From positions 3,162,001 to 3,226,000 of the forward strand of contig NW_024704770.1 of assembly GCF_018977255.1 (NCBI RefSeq): DNA of 64,000 nt. The letters run 5' to 3'. The stretch comes from Callorhinchus milii. Taxonomy: Eukaryota. The first letter of the stretch is position 1, and each line of letters opens with the position of its first letter. The notes beneath the pieces are model-generated. The model was given only the letters and a program-made list of their open reading frames with translations. It ran no database searches and was not told where the DNA came from. Below, piece by piece: positions 41,401 to 56,100 of this stretch. The position numbers were made by a program, and so were the translations under genes.

Positions 41401-44400
41401 ACCCCCCCCTCAGCTCGGGTCCAAATCCCTGATGTCCTTCCTTCCTGACGTGAAAGGCGCTGTGTAAATGTAATTTGTTGTTATTTGCCTTCTGAAGACG
41501 GCTGCAGATTTGCAGGTCCTTTGACGGGTGGATGAATGCACTCACTGCTGTCATATCTCAATCCTCCAGCTATCTCAAGAGAATATTTAGAATTTTCGCA
41601 TTGATTGGGACATCAATGGCAATAAAATGACCCTATTTGCCACTGATATTCTCAATAGGATGACTCGCGCTGCACAGGCACCTAATATATGCTGTAGTCA
41701 TCAGTAACCTACTGCCTTAACCTGGGACCTCAATCAGTTATTACGACAATCAACTCTACTACACAACAGCAACTTGTTTCGCACTCTTCACGTGGGGAAG
41801 GGTCTCGCAGGGCTTAACAGTGGCTTGGAGCCTGATCTCCCGGGAGGAAGGAGGAGGTGACCACAAGCACGGTCAAAATAAGCAGTGGTGGGAGACTTGT
41901 GAATACTGACGGCCAGTGGGTGTCGGAGACTGAAATTAAGCCGAGGATAGTTTGTTGTTGGTTTTGAGGGTCAAGATGAAAGTTTCCACTGAGGCGGGAG
42001 GGTGGAGCGGGGGATACAAAGCAGGTAGATAATGCTGGACTCAAAATCTATTTGATATAATAATAATAATTGTTGCATTCCTTTTGCTTGAGAACTCTGC
42101 AAATGTATATGATAGCAAGGGTATGAGAGAGAGAGAGAGAGTTGGTGAACAACAACAACAAATTACATTTGTATAGCGCCTTTCACGTCAGGAGGACGTC
42201 TGAAAGTGCTGGACTAATGGGACTGAGCCTATGGAGTGTAATAGTCCTGTACTTGTGTAGTCTGGCTGTGTGGTGTCGATTGGCAGAGTGGCCTCAGCCC
42301 AGGGTTCCCAGAGAGGTTGAGCTCCTGTTGCTGATCTTAGTCTGGTCTCTGTGAAGCTGATGGCAGTGTAGGGTGATCGGTTGGCGAGAGTCCTGTGAGC
42401 GTTTGATGCAGTGCTAAAGTCATAATCCACCAGCAAGGGGGCAGGCTTGCTTCTTGGGCTCTGCCACTGTATCAGAGCTGTTTCACTCCGAGCTGTAGAT
42501 AGATAGTGACACCTAACTGCGGGAGGCAGAGGTGAAGTGACCGTAGTACTGGATGTGGACGATGAGCACTCAATAAGGAAGCGCTGTGCAGTGCAGTGCT
42601 TGCGAGGCTACTGCGCTCTCTCTCTCTCTGACTGTGAATGGCAATCCTGCATGTGTTGTAATTATGACTTTAAAAAATCTACAGATAGCAGCTAAAATCG
42701 GAGGAGATACTGCCAACACCCCCACCACAACCAATCACAGCGCCCCCGAATTTGGATTCGTTGGTCAGAAGAGACAGCTGGAAGATGGAGGTAAGCTGGA
42801 ACTGAAAGCTTGCACTTCACAACTCGGTGCTTGTATAAAGAGAGAGGGGGGTGGGGGCGTGGGAGACGGGCGAACGACAGATAGGGTGATCTCAAAGCCC
42901 CTAACTTGTTGGTGGTTTCATTCAGTACAAGCTGCAGGAAAGCTTTGTGCACCTCGCCCTAAGGGAAAGTTAACCTTGACATCTCCTGATGTCTCGGCTG
43001 CTGTTTCTCTACAGCCTCAGGTCTCCTGTTTTTTTAGTGTGTGAAGGTGCTGACACACCCAGTGCAGGTGGAGGTGATTTAAGGTGGAAAAAGATGAAGG
43101 GAAAGCAGGAAACCCTCTTTCCTCCAGCAAAAGGAACGGGCCACGGTCTTGGGATTGTTAACAGGAGGATCGGGTTAGAGGCGATTTCATCACTCTTCAA
43201 GATGGTATTAATTACAACGAATAGCTGGCTGGCTGGGGAATCAGGAGAAGGCATTGGAATCATTCAAAATAATAACAACCATCATCCTTGCATTCAATAC
43301 AGCGCCTTATCACATCTTCGAGACATCTCAAAGTGCTTCACGGGACATACTGTAAAGTGTAGCGTCTGTGTGTTTCATGGGCGAAATGCGGCAGATGATT
43401 GCGCACAGCAGTGCCCCACAAACAGCCGTGAATCGCGGGACCATATTTTTTGTAATTTTTAAATGAATCCAGCGACGATTAATTGTCCACTCCACCAAAC
43501 ATGTAGGGAGAGTGGGCTTAATAATTGCCTGCTAAGTAGCTGAGGTGGAAAACCCCAGCCAAAAGTGGTTTTAAATCTCGTCGAGTGCCGCAGCAGCTGT
43601 TTGTGAGCCATGGAGCCTGTGGAAACGGGCTCCGCTGTGGGGTGGGGGTTCCTAAGGGTGATTTGTGGCGTATCAGACCTTTTACTACACACGCACACAC
43701 GCGCGCGCGCACACCGTGAGGGCTGGTGTACGTTACACCCGAGCGTTTCAGAACACAGGCGCATTTCGGTATCAAGGGGTATCGGGCAAGGAGTTGATGT
43801 ACAGATCCGCCATGATCTTATAGAACAGAATGGTGGAACAGTTTCGAAGGGCTGAATGGCCTCCTCCTATGATGGAAAAAGGCAGTGGCTCAGGTGTGCA
43901 TTTCTCCCCTGTGCCACGGATGTCAAATAAAACGAGTGCAGTGGACTGACCACATTATGTCTTTGCAGCGCATAGAACCTGGGTTGAAGGCTGCCCGGTG
44001 TGTGGGCTGTTGTAGTTTCTCCCCGGTCAATCTGTTGAATGCCGGGTGTGAGGAGGTGGGAATGCGTGGCTTGGCTCTCGCTCTCTCTACACTCTCTTGA
44101 ACCCCATTGCTCCTGGGGACTACTGCAACCTTGTAACTGGCAGCACGGCATCGGGAATTAGGCTGAATGCCAAGCAGCCTCGACCATCTCTTTCCCGCCC
44201 CTCCCCTCGCTCTTTTCCCTCATTCCCCTCTTCCTTTCTGTTGGATTTGTGAGATCTCTCGTTTGAAGTTTGCTGTCTTGCATTCTGTGCAAACGGCAGA
44301 TTTACAACAGCAACATGTGACATTAACGTCGGGAGGACGTCCCAAGAGGCTGGACAGTCAAGAGTTTTGGACCCAAGTAGGGGCTTGGGAGCAAGAGGGA

Positions 44401-47078
44401 GGGAGGGTTAGGGTAGGAAGTTGGTCGAAGACGAGGGTCTTGAGATGTGCCTTGAAGGAGGCAAGGGAGGGAGCAGGGCGAAGGGACTGTGGGTTGGTGT
44501 TCCGGAGGTTCGGGATGAAGGCCCAACCGCCAATGGTGGGGCAGGCCGGGGGGGAGCAGGTTGGAGCCTGCTGAGCAGATGGAGCAGAGAGGTTGATATG
44601 GTGTCAGCAGGTCACAGGTAGGAAGGAGCAAGATCATGGAGGGCTTTGAAGGTGAGGGCAAGGATTTTGAGGATTTACTCTATCCTCTGGGGGATGGGGA
44701 GCCAGTGTTGCTGGGCTGGGGTGGTGGGGTCACGGAACCTGCTGCGAGAGGAGACACGAGCTGTGGCATTCTGGATGATCTGCAGCTTGTGGTGGGAAGA
44801 GTTGGAGAGGCCGACAAGCAGGGAGTTGGCGTAGTTGAGTCAGGATGTAATAAATGCATGGATGAGGGTTTCAGGGGCCTGAGGGAAGAGGCATTGGTGG
44901 ATCCCGGTGATGTTGCGGAGATGGGGGAAAGCAGAATGGGTCATGGCAATTGTGCAGTGTCCCACAAACAGTCGTGGATTAAGTGACCACGTTTTTTTAT
45001 TGTGGGGGAGGGTTAGTTACCCTCGGAAATCGATCTGCCAATCAATTATCAACCGAGTTCCTACTTAACTGCTAGGTAAACAGAAGTGTGTGTGTGCAGT
45101 AAGAAAACTTGCCTAAGGTTTTGCGTAGCCCGGGAGTTGAACCCGGGTCCTCTGGCTTGCGAGGCGAGTGTGCTAAACACTACGCTACAGATGTGTCTAT
45201 GTGAAAAGGCACTATGAAAATGCAAGTTCCTTCTCTGTACCGAGTACTAATGTCGCTGAGAGCTAACTGAACAAACCACAGCCTGAATTCTGTGGTTGGT
45301 GTTGGAAAATCTGCTGTCACCAAGTCACTAGCTCTGCTGGGCAATAATAATAATAATAATAATCCTTGCGTTTGATCCAGCACCCTATCACGTCTTCGCG
45401 GCGTCTCAAAACGCTTCACAGGATTCACTGTAAAGTTTTGTGACTGTATTTTGTGGGCGAAACGCGGCAGCCAATTGCGCACAGCAGCGTCCCACACACA
45501 GTCGTGGATCGGGTGACCAAATTATTATTATTATTATTTCTTTGAAGGGATTACGTGGTCGAAAGAGGTTCTTGTTATAACCTGAGACGTCTTAAACAGT
45601 GGGATGAAAGGGTATAACTGAACTAAAGCCTTCTTCCTTGCAGTGTAACTGGTTTAAAAGCAACGTGTTTCGGTTGGTGTGAAGAGTAACCGAGATTGGA
45701 GAGAGCTCGGTCCTGGGCTGATGTTACCTACCTCGGTACTTTTGCCAGTGAACAATGTCTGTCGGACAATCCCACACAATGCTATGATACCAGGACTTAT
45801 CAGGGTTTACAGATGCTTGTTAGATGGTTGGTTCCATCCAGTGTCTGGGGTGTAAAGCCATGTCAGTATGGTCAACGGGAACATTTCAGTCTGGTACATT
45901 TCGGAGCGGGCGAGAGGGAGAAGAGAATAATAATAATCCTTGCATTTGATGCAGCGCCTTATCACGTCTTCGAGAGACGTCTCAAAGCGCTTCACAGGAC
46001 GCACTGTAAACTGAATTGACTATTTGAAGCCTTGAAATCCAAATCCTCGCCCTTTGCATTAAAATCCATTAGCAGTGTTTCTGGTTGAGGAATATTGTAC
46101 CAGTAAGTCTTGGTCATGAGCACTTTGAATCGCGGCTGTTTGCCACCTGGGTGTCAAAGGAAAGTGGGCGAGAGTGAACGGTCTTTGTGGGGCAACATGA
46201 GGGGTGGGTAGCGGAAGATGATTGAAGCTCTGCAAAGCTCCCACGGACCTGCCTTACGTACATTGGCTTCAACTGTTGCCCCAAAACTCTGGAACACTCT
46301 TCCTCTATCCCCCTCCCCCGCCCCCCGCCTTGCCCCTTTCCTTCCCTGTCTTCGGGTCGCTCCCGAGGACCTTCCTCTTCGACCGTGCCTACTACGGTCA
46401 CCTCCCCCTCGGCTCGGGAGTCGTGCTCCACCACTGTCGAGCGCTCTGGGAAGCTGCCCTGCGTGAGGGAACGCTGCGTGAATGCAAGTTGTTGTATTCG
46501 GTTGCTACCATATTATACTGCTGCACTGCTCTGAGTTGACCACCAAGGGGGTGCCTTTTGTGCCAGTCACCCGTCGTGTGTTGGGATGGCATTGTTTTAA
46601 AGCGTTTCTGGCGTTCGCCTAACGCCTCCGCTTGTTAATCACAGTGTGGTGAAGCCCTGTGGGGGAGGCTGCTGCAGTTTCCATCCTGTTGTCTCGTGAG
46701 CGCGGAAAATCTTCGGAACGTGCGACGCATTAAAAAAAAAATCCTACTCTCAAAATCCCATCAGTAAACGGCATCTCACCTGAGCCCTGTGTGAACGATT
46801 TCCCCATTCCCCCGGCCTTTGAATTCCCATTGTGCGTTGCACTGCATTCGTAGAAGCATAAGATATCACAGCACAGAAGGAGGCCATTCGGCCCATCGTG
46901 CTTGTGCCCGTGCCGGCTGTTTGGAAGAGCTACCGACCCAATCAGTCCCACTCCACCGCTCTCGCTCCCCCACGATCCTCGCAAGTTTTTCCTCTTCGGG
47001 TACCTATCCAGTTCCGTTTTGAAAGTTGCGATTGAATCGGTTTCCACCGGCCTTTCAGGCAGTGCATTCCATTCCTGG

Positions 47079-47124
<46 letters not shown>

Positions 47125-50100
47125 GGATGTTTGGGTGCTGTGTGTAGTGCAGTATTTCTCTGCCTTACACACTGCCTTCTCTCATTGCCTTTGAATCCCT
47201 GCAGAACACCTATCACTGTCCTCCCCCCCCCCCCCCCCATCCTTCCCTATCACATCTGGTAATCAATATTGCCTCTGGGAAGCACTCCCAAGACTCTGTC
47301 CTTCAAGGAAGTTGCTGTGTAAGTGCAAGAAGTGGTTTGTGTGTGTGTGTGTGTGTGTGAGCGAGCGCCAGTGCTACCAAATGATTTCAAGACAAGTGAG
47401 AGTGGCGTTCGATTGATGTTGACTGGTTTTGTTCTGTAAATTGGAGCCTTTTGTCATTCTTCTTTTCCTCCCTTTTTCTTGTCTGTTTTGCAGATCAGCC
47501 CGACAGCAAAAAGATAGCGTCACAGAATGATCGTAAGTACAGAGCACCTTCTGATCAGATGATGTCAGTCCTTAGCCCCTGCTAGTGCTGACATTCTCCA
47601 CGTGAAGCCTAAGTAAGGCCCTGTGAGTGAGGTTTTGCCCTCTCCCTCTGCCTCCTGTTCTATCTAAGGAGGCAGTTTTTCACCCAAAGGCTAGTGGAAA
47701 TCTGTCCCTCCCTCCCTGAAAGGCTGTGGTTTATACATGTATTCTGTGTATTCTGTCCATACACAGTTTCCAGCCTGAGGTGGATAGATGTTTGTTAGGT
47801 CAGGGGATCAAGGGATAGGGGGGGGGGCAAGGCCAGGTAATTGGAGTTGAGGTACAGATCAGCCATGATCTTATAGAATGGCGGAATTGGCTTCAGGGGC
47901 TGAATGGCCTTCTCCTGTTTCTAGGTTTCTCTCCTTGCCTTTAAATCCCTGCTGGAAATCCGCCTCTGACCGTGCATTTAAACCCCCTCTCATCCTCCGC
48001 TATCACAGTTGCTGCTCTTTACACTTTGAAACCTGTAACCACAGGCGAAAGTGGTCCTGGTTATCTGGAATATGCCAGAGTGGAGAGTTCCAGTGATGGA
48101 GTGAGTACCAGCGCTGACATGATGGGGAGAGAGAGAGAGAGATAGAGCAGGGAATGGGGTTAGTGTAGAGAGCTCCAGTGGGGGAGCGAGCACCAGCACA
48201 GACATGATGGGGGTAGAGAGAGGGAGCAGGGAGTGGGATTAGTGAGCACCAACAGACATCCCCTGTTATAAACGTCCAGGGTAAACAGTCTTGTACTGGG
48301 TAATGTGCCTGTGTGCCAAATTGTGTGTGTTTGTTATATATATAAAAAAAACTTCTTCTGTTCCAGCTATCGGAGCTCAGCTGGGATCGATGCACCATCA
48401 GCCAAGGTAAGGCAGAGCACAGAGCTGAAACCTGTACCTCACAGAGGCTTTGCCCAGGTTCTGCCTGAGAGAGTCATGGACTGGCACAGCTGAATGCTAC
48501 TCGGATCGGCTTTGAATAATTCAGACGTATAGAGAAAGACCTTCAGCCTCTCTGCCCCCACCCTTTGAAACTGCATCCCACAGTCCCTTCACCTCACCCC
48601 CTCCTTTGCTTCCTTCAAGGCCCGTCCTCAAGACCCTCATTAACCGTGCCACCCTCCTAACCCCACCCTCCCTTCCCTCGACCCCTCCTGATCCCAACCA
48701 TCTGCTCGGGTCCAAATCCCTGATTGTCCAGCGCCTTGGGACATCCTCCTGATGTGAAAATCGCTGTACAGGTACAGTATTGTATTGTAAGACCAGGGGT
48801 ACTGCAAAAGTCACTGGCTAGTCCTCTTGCTTTGTTTCGACATTCACAGACCCTTTTAGTAGTAAACAGCAAAGTGTTTAGAAAGCTATTCCACCCCCCA
48901 CCTCCCTCCTCCACCACCCCCCGATATACTTGGCTGTTGGTTATGTGGCTGCTTCTGATGTGTGGTGGTGACGGGTTTGTCTCCCTTTGTTTTACAGAGC
49001 GGAAGAACATCGCCCCCGTAACATGTAGGCTAAACCTTTATTATCCTTGACTTGTTGCTCCTTTGACATGAGATGAGATTTGTGTTAGCTTGTTACCAGT
49101 GATTGTACAGCGTGGAGCACATTGCTTTTTTTGCTCGGAGGCTGCTTGTTGTAAAGCCAGGCCTATCTGCCCTGCAGATAAAACACAGGTTCTTTTTGCT
49201 ACTTTTAAATCGCAGGGCAGCACATTTGCAGCTTGTGTTTCCCCCCCCCCCCCCCCCCCTTCCCCCTCCTTGTTGACGTCCTCCTGTTAACTTTTTCTCT
49301 CTCTTCAAATATCTAAACTTTTCTTTCAAAAGATTATTTAAAAACTTGGGAGAGAATGTGTTTTTTTTTAAATTCTGTGGTGAAGTTTTTCCTCCTGTGG
49401 AGACATGCCATATGTTAGCAAAGGTGCTGTTCACAGAATCATACAGCACAAAAGGAGGCCATTCGGCCCATCGTGGCCGTGCCGGCTTTTTGAAAGAGCT
49501 TTCCAGCTAGTCCCCACTCCCCCGCTCTTAGCCCATAGCCTAGCAATTTGTTTGTTTTCAAATACACATCCAATTCCCTTTTGAAAACTGTTATCAAATC
49601 TGCTTCCACCACCTCTGGGTAAAAATAAATAAAATAATTCTCCGCGTCTCCCCTCTGGTTCTTTTGCCAATTATCTTAAATCCGTGTCCTCTGGTTACTG
49701 ACCCGCCCGCCCGCCAGAGGAAACAGCTTTTCCTTATTTACTCTTATCAAAACCTCATATAATTTCGAACACCTCTGTGTGGGAGGTCTGGACGCAGTAA
49801 GAGCGAGCTAGGCTTCCTTGTTGAGGTTGTAGGAAAGTGGCGTGGCTACTCACTCAGACTGTTTTTGTTTGCAGGGTGACGGTCACAGAGGAATACAGAG
49901 TACCGGACGGCATGGTGGGGCTGAGTGAGTATCTTGGCTATGTTTTGGGGTTGTGTTGGCGGGGAGCCTGGGACTCGCCTGGAATCCGTTGTGCGCCGTG
50001 TAGGAGCAGTGAAAGCCGGGGTACGTGGGGCTGCTCGAAGCTCGTTTTGTGTTCAGAATCCAAATCCAGCCTTGGCTGATTGTTACGACAACTTGCGTTT

Positions 50101-53100
50101 ACACAGCCCCCTTCATGTTGGGGTTGGGTCCCGGAGCACGACAGTGGCGGAGTCTGCCGCTGAGCCGTGAGGGGGCGGGGGCGGAGGTGACCGTAAGGGC
50201 GAGCAAAAGGGAAGGTGTTTAGGCAGGACTTGAAGGTGGGGAGTGAGGGAGGGAGTGGGCAAGACGGAGGGAAGGATTGACGGAGAGAGTAACAAGAGTT
50301 TCGGGGCTGAAGGTGGAGAGCAATTCCTTTTCACTAAGGAAGCCGTTCGAATCCGGACTTGGCTTTGGGGCTTTGCTCCGTTAGCTGATTTCAGGACGGG
50401 GTGAGGTTAGGGAGGGTGGGATCAGCTGGGGTGTCTGCTCCTGATTGACCCCCTTGGGGGTGGGGTCAATTGTTTGCCTCCCATGTCTGCCCTGTGTCCT
50501 GCTCTCTGCCCATGTTTGCTCATCGTGCTTTATTTTGCAGTTATTGGCAGAGGCGGGGAACAAATAAATCGAATCCAGCAAGAATCTGGGTGTAAAGTAC
50601 AGATCGCTCCAGGTAATACATCATCTCCTCTTCCTGCTGCTGCCCTCCGTTTCAGCACAAGCGGCGAGCTCACCGGTTTGGGGGTTGGGGGGGTATAGTT
50701 TACCGTGTAACCCTGGGTAGGTCTGCGAAAATCAACCAGTCACTGCACGGACGGTATTCAGTGCCACGTGATAATAATAATAATAATAATAACTTGGAGA
50801 TGACTTGGAGACACTGACCTATCTTGTCAGCTGCTTATTTAATACAAGGTTTCTTTTTCCGTGCGTTTTCAGAGGCTGTTATTGAGCAGGAGCCAGGCTT
50901 CTGAATGTGTCTGGGATGACTTACACAACAAAGACAGAGGAGGGATGGTTGGTGGGGTGGGGGAACAGTCTACATAAGAGTTTACCAGGCAAAGGAAGAC
51001 TGTGTCCATCTGGTTTGCCTGCCACCATCTTGGCAGTCGCTTGACATGTCATGTCCCAAACTACATAATGTATCTCGTGATATTATTTCCCAGTAGTAAT
51101 CTATCTTAATTTGCTAAGAATTATCCAGCGTTTCAGACTTTAGAGGCAAAAAATGTTCAGTAGTCACCCTGACTGCATTCATTCTTTGAAGGTATGATCA
51201 GAGAGCAAGTGGAAGGAGAGAGGTTTGTGTGTGGAAACGATAGCACAGCGAGCAGTGGTGAGTTTGCTAACGAGTGACTTGACTGTTTGTTTCAGACAGT
51301 GGAGGGATGCCAGAACGTATCGTGTCGCTGACTGGGAATCCAGAGGCCATTCAGTAAGTCTCAGCACAGCACCGAGCAGGGGGGATGTGGTGGGGAGACT
51401 TCAGCCAGAGAGGTTGTTGGAGGCGGTGGTGAGGGTTGACGTTCAGGAGTCCTGTAGCTTAGTGGTTGGCGCGCTCACCTCGCAAGCGAGAGGACCCGGT
51501 CTTTAGTCGATTGGTGGATTGCTTTTCGGGTGTAATAATCCCCCAAAAACTCTTATTTTAAAAAAAATCAGTCCCTCGATCCACAACTGATTGTGAGACA
51601 CCACTGTGCGCAATTGGCTGCCGCATTTCACCCACAATATACACAGTCACTCCACTTTAGAGTATACCCTGTGAAGTGCTTTGAGACGTCCAGAAGATGT
51701 GATCAGGCGCTGTATTCAATGCAAGTGTCGTTATTGTGATAATTATTGTGTTTATAGAACCGCAAAAATGCTGCTGGACGAGATTGTATCCCGGGGGCGA
51801 GGAGGACCACCGGGGGGTGGGGGAGGGAGTGTGGGGGGACCACCACACGACGCCACCAACGGTCAGAACGGCTCCATCCAGGAGATCATGATTCCCGCAG
51901 GGAAAGCCGGACTGGTCATCGGGAAAGGGGGAGAAACCATCAAACAGCTTCAGGTACCAGACGTCATAAGGCGCTGTATCAAGCGCAAGGATTATTATTA
52001 TTGCAGTGTATTCTGTGAAGCGATAAGGCGATATGGCGCTGTATCACGTGCAAGTATTTTTTATATGTATGTGTGTTATATCGGGAGGACTTTCCACAGC
52101 GCTTAAATCTCTGCGCTTAAATGACGAGTCACTTCAATCCACGACTGTGTGTGGGACTCTGGGCAATTGGCTGCCGGGTTTCGCCCACAAAATATACGGT
52201 CAATACATTTGACAGTGCATCCTGTGAAGAGCTTTGAGAACGTCTCGAAGACGTGCTGAGGCGCCGTATCAAATGCGAGGGTTATTATAATTGTGCATTT
52301 TTCTCTCTTTTTAATTTAAAAAAAACAACACAGGAACGTGCTGGCGTAAAGATGATTTTAATCCAAGACGGTTCACAGAACTCCAACGTGGACAAGCCAC
52401 TGAGGATTATCGGGGACCCTTTCAAAGTGCAGGTGTGAGGCCACTCAGTGTCGCAATGTGAATTTAATCCTCTGAAACACTTGTCTATTGCGCTCTTTCT
52501 CCCGCTTTCTCTCCCTCCCTCCCCTCAATTCTTCCTCCCAGCCACCGGTATACCTATTTGGCTTTTCGCCCACAAAATATGCAGTCGTTTCACTTCACGG
52601 TGTATCCTTTAATGAACGCGGCTTGCAGATCGATGCGGGACATTGCAGTGAGCCCTTGGGTTACCAGAATCTTCCTCCTCCCCCCGTTACAGCAAGCGAG
52701 AGACATGGTGATGGAGATTCTACACGAGCGCGAGCAGGGAGGGTTCGGAGACCGGAACGAATTCAATCCAAGGCCCGGCAATCCCGGAGTCGGTGCAGGC
52801 ATTGGCGGCATAGACGTAAGCGCTCTCTCTCGCGCGCTCTCTCTCTTGCTTTCTCCCTGCTGTACAGCGCTGCTCACCGCGGTTCTGAAATACAGCGCCT
52901 TATTACGTCATCGTCGAGACGTCTCAAAAGCGCTTCCAAAGAACATACCATGAGGTCTTGCCGGGCCCGCCTCCGGCTCACAGGCTCCCTCGGTCTGGCT
53001 TCCCGTTGACAGTAAATCAAGCCCATAACGGCCCCTTGTCACGCAGATCCCGGTGCCTCGGCATTCGGTGGGAATCGTTATCGGACGGAGCGGAGAAATG

Positions 53101-56100
53101 ATCAAAAAAATACAAAACGACGCAGGCGTGCGGATACAGTTTAAACCAGGTCAGTGGCGAGCGCCGGTGCAGGCAGTGCTGGTGACGACGGTGCGGGCAG
53201 TGCCGGTGGCGCTGGTGCGGGCAGTGCTGCTGGCGCTGTGCCATGGTGCCAGCAAGACCTGGGTGTGGGAAGCTTCTCCGCTAACTTCCTGTCCTGTGTG
53301 AGTGTGTGAGAAAGAGAGTGTGGAGTGGCTGTCTGTGCGTGTGTACGGGCGAGCGCGTGTGTGTGTGAGAGAGTGTGCAGAGTGGCTGTATGTGTGTGAG
53401 AGAGTGCGGAGTGGCTTTGTGTGTGTGCGAGTGTGCGGAGTGGCTGTGTGTGAGTGTGCGCGCCTCTGTCTGTCCATGTGTGTTTGTGAGTCTTGCCTGG
53501 CGGAGTCCGTGTACGTAACTAACCATGTGCTCTCCTCCTGTGTCTCCGCAGATGATGGGACCACGCCGGACAAGATCGCTCACGTAATGGGGCCTCCTGA
53601 GCGATGTCAACACGCCGCTCAAATCATCAGCGATCTCCTGCAGAATGTGCGGGTAGGAAGTCAAGGTCCTCTCTCTCTCCCTCCCACACCCCACCACCCT
53701 CCCACCACCATCCTGCCCTCCTCTCCCTCCGGATTGCTGGCTCCTCACCTCGTCGGGTTGGAGTCCCAGCCTCATGTCGCTGTTGTTGTGTGTGCGCAGG
53801 GCGGCCCGCCCGGACCCCCAGGGCCCGGAATGCCTGGTCCCGGCCGAGGAAGGGGAAGGGGGCAAGGCACATGGGGCATCGGCCCCCCTGGAGGGGAGAT
53901 GGCATTCTCGGTGCCTAGCCACAAGTGTGGGCTCGTCATTGGCAGAGGTGGGTATCGACCCATCGGACGGACGGACTGACTGACTGAATCCCTCCCTCCC
54001 GCCCGCTTTACCTGTGAAGAGTTTTGAGACATCGCAACGACATGCTAAGGGCCCTGTGTCACGTGCGAGGGTTACTGTTTCAAGCTGCCCTGTGTGAGGG
54101 CTGCGATATAAATGCAAGTTATAATAATAATTAATAGTAATAAGAATCCTTGCATGTGATAATAGCGCCTTATCCCATCAGGGGGAACGTCCCAAGACCC
54201 TCAAAAGCGTTTCACGGAATCTACTTAAAAAAAAAGCGAATTGACCTTATGTTTCGTGGGCGAAAGTTACGGCAATTGGGGAACCTTTGAGCTCACAAAC
54301 CAGGCTGTATATTCTGAGTGAGTTATAGTCACACAGGAGACCTCTCACTGCTTCTTTCTCTTCCCCCCCCCCACCACCCATCACCACATCCCTCTGCCCC
54401 TCCCCCCCCCCCCCCCCCAATGTCCCCAAAATGACTGCTGTTTGTGTTCAGACCCAAACTTAAGTAATCGCAGGGTGCTCTCTCGTGCTCGCTCTCGGGT
54501 GCACTCTCTCTCGCGCGCACTCTCTCTCTGAGTTGAGGCAATGACTTTTGTGTGGGGCAGGAGGTGAGAACGTCAAGGCGATAAACCAACAGACGGGAGC
54601 GTTTGTAGAGCTGCAGCGGCAGCCCCCACCCAACGGGGACCCCAACTTCAAGCTCTTCACCATCCGCGGCTCCCCCCAACAAATCGATCACGCCAAGCAG
54701 CTCATCGAGGAGAAGATCGAGGTAAAGGTGGGGGGAGTGGGGTAAAAGGCGGCTCTGTCTGGGGTCACAGGGCAGGCTTGATCACGAGTGAGGCACTGAT
54801 ACCTGGGAGGAGTTTGGTTAGTGAGGGTGGTGGGGGAGAGTTTTGGGAGGGAATCATCTCCAGTGTTGTGTGGCTGCAGATAAACACCAGAGCCCTGTCG
54901 CTCAGTGGTTAGAGCACTTGCCTCGCAAGCGAGAGACCTGGGTTCGATTCCCTTAACTTATTAGCTTAAAAGATTATTATTACAGAACCAGGCAATCTTA
55001 TCCAAGCTTTCCTACCAAGACCATCCTCAGGGAATCGCGTGTGGGCGGGTGTTGGTTGTGCGCTTATTCTAACCCCAACTATTGTCTTGTGGTTGCAGGG
55101 TCCCCTCTGTCCTATTGGCCCCCCGATACCTGGGGGCCCAATGGGACCTTTCCAACCAGGACCGTTTCCCCAAGGACCTCCCGGAGCTCCTCCTCCCCAG
55201 TAAGTAGCTCTGGTTCCGGTGGTGTGGGGGCGGCTGGGTGGGGAGTGTTGGTTGGTTGGTGGGTGGGGGAGAAACGAATGGCGTCTGATGTGCAGTTGGT
55301 GTGATTACTTGGGTTTTTTGCCTGATGCTCTTACTCTATGATGATGATGGTGGTGGTTGGGTGATTGATGGACAGCGAGGTGTCTAACTGATTGTCTCCC
55401 ACAGTCCTGTTGCTGGCGGGCCCCCCCCTCCTCACCAGTACCCCCCCCAGGGCTGGGGCAACACGTACCAGCAGTGGCAGCCACCCGGTGGACCTCACGA
55501 CCCAAGTAACTATTCCAACCTTCTCACCCCATCCCCCCTCTGCTTGCTTGCTTGTTTGTTCACAGGGACATAAGAACAGGAGTAGGCCATTCAGTCCCTC
55601 GAGCCTGTTCCGCCAGTCCTTTTCATTTGGCCTGTGGTGCCTGTGCTTTGCCGGATCTTTGGAAGAGCTGCACAATCAGTCCCGTTCCCCCCTCCCACCC
55701 CCTTTTCTCTTTCCCCATATCCTTGCAAGCTTTTCCTCTTCAAGTACCTGTCCCAATTCCCCGTGTTTTCAGCTTGGGCCGTAATGGTAGTGGTTAGCGA
55801 GAGGAGCCGGGCTGGTTCCCGGGCAGGTCAGGGCCAAACCGAGAGGAGTTTCCTTCTCTCCACACACGCTGTTTTCTCTGGTTACCCGGCAGTCAGTGGG
55901 AACCCGCTTGTGAGTCGATTGGCGGATTAATCCCTCCAAGAAAAATAATAATAATTGGGTCACTCGATCCACGGAAGTGTGGGGGGATGCTGCTGTCCGC
56001 AATTGGCTGCCGCATCAAGTCACTCCACCTTGCGGTGTGTCCCGTGAAGCACTTTGAGGCATCTCAAGCACGTGATGAGACGCCGTGTCAAATGCCAGGA

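Noticed and set aside
47555-47630. Intronic C/D snoRNA in KHSRP
   Set aside because: Imperfect C box (ATGATGT), no terminal D box with a closing stem
54890-54955. tRNA-Ala(CGC)-like sequence with A and B boxes
   Set aside because: Identical in type to the heads of the abundant SINE and lacks a paired acceptor stem; the same applies to all similar heads in the window
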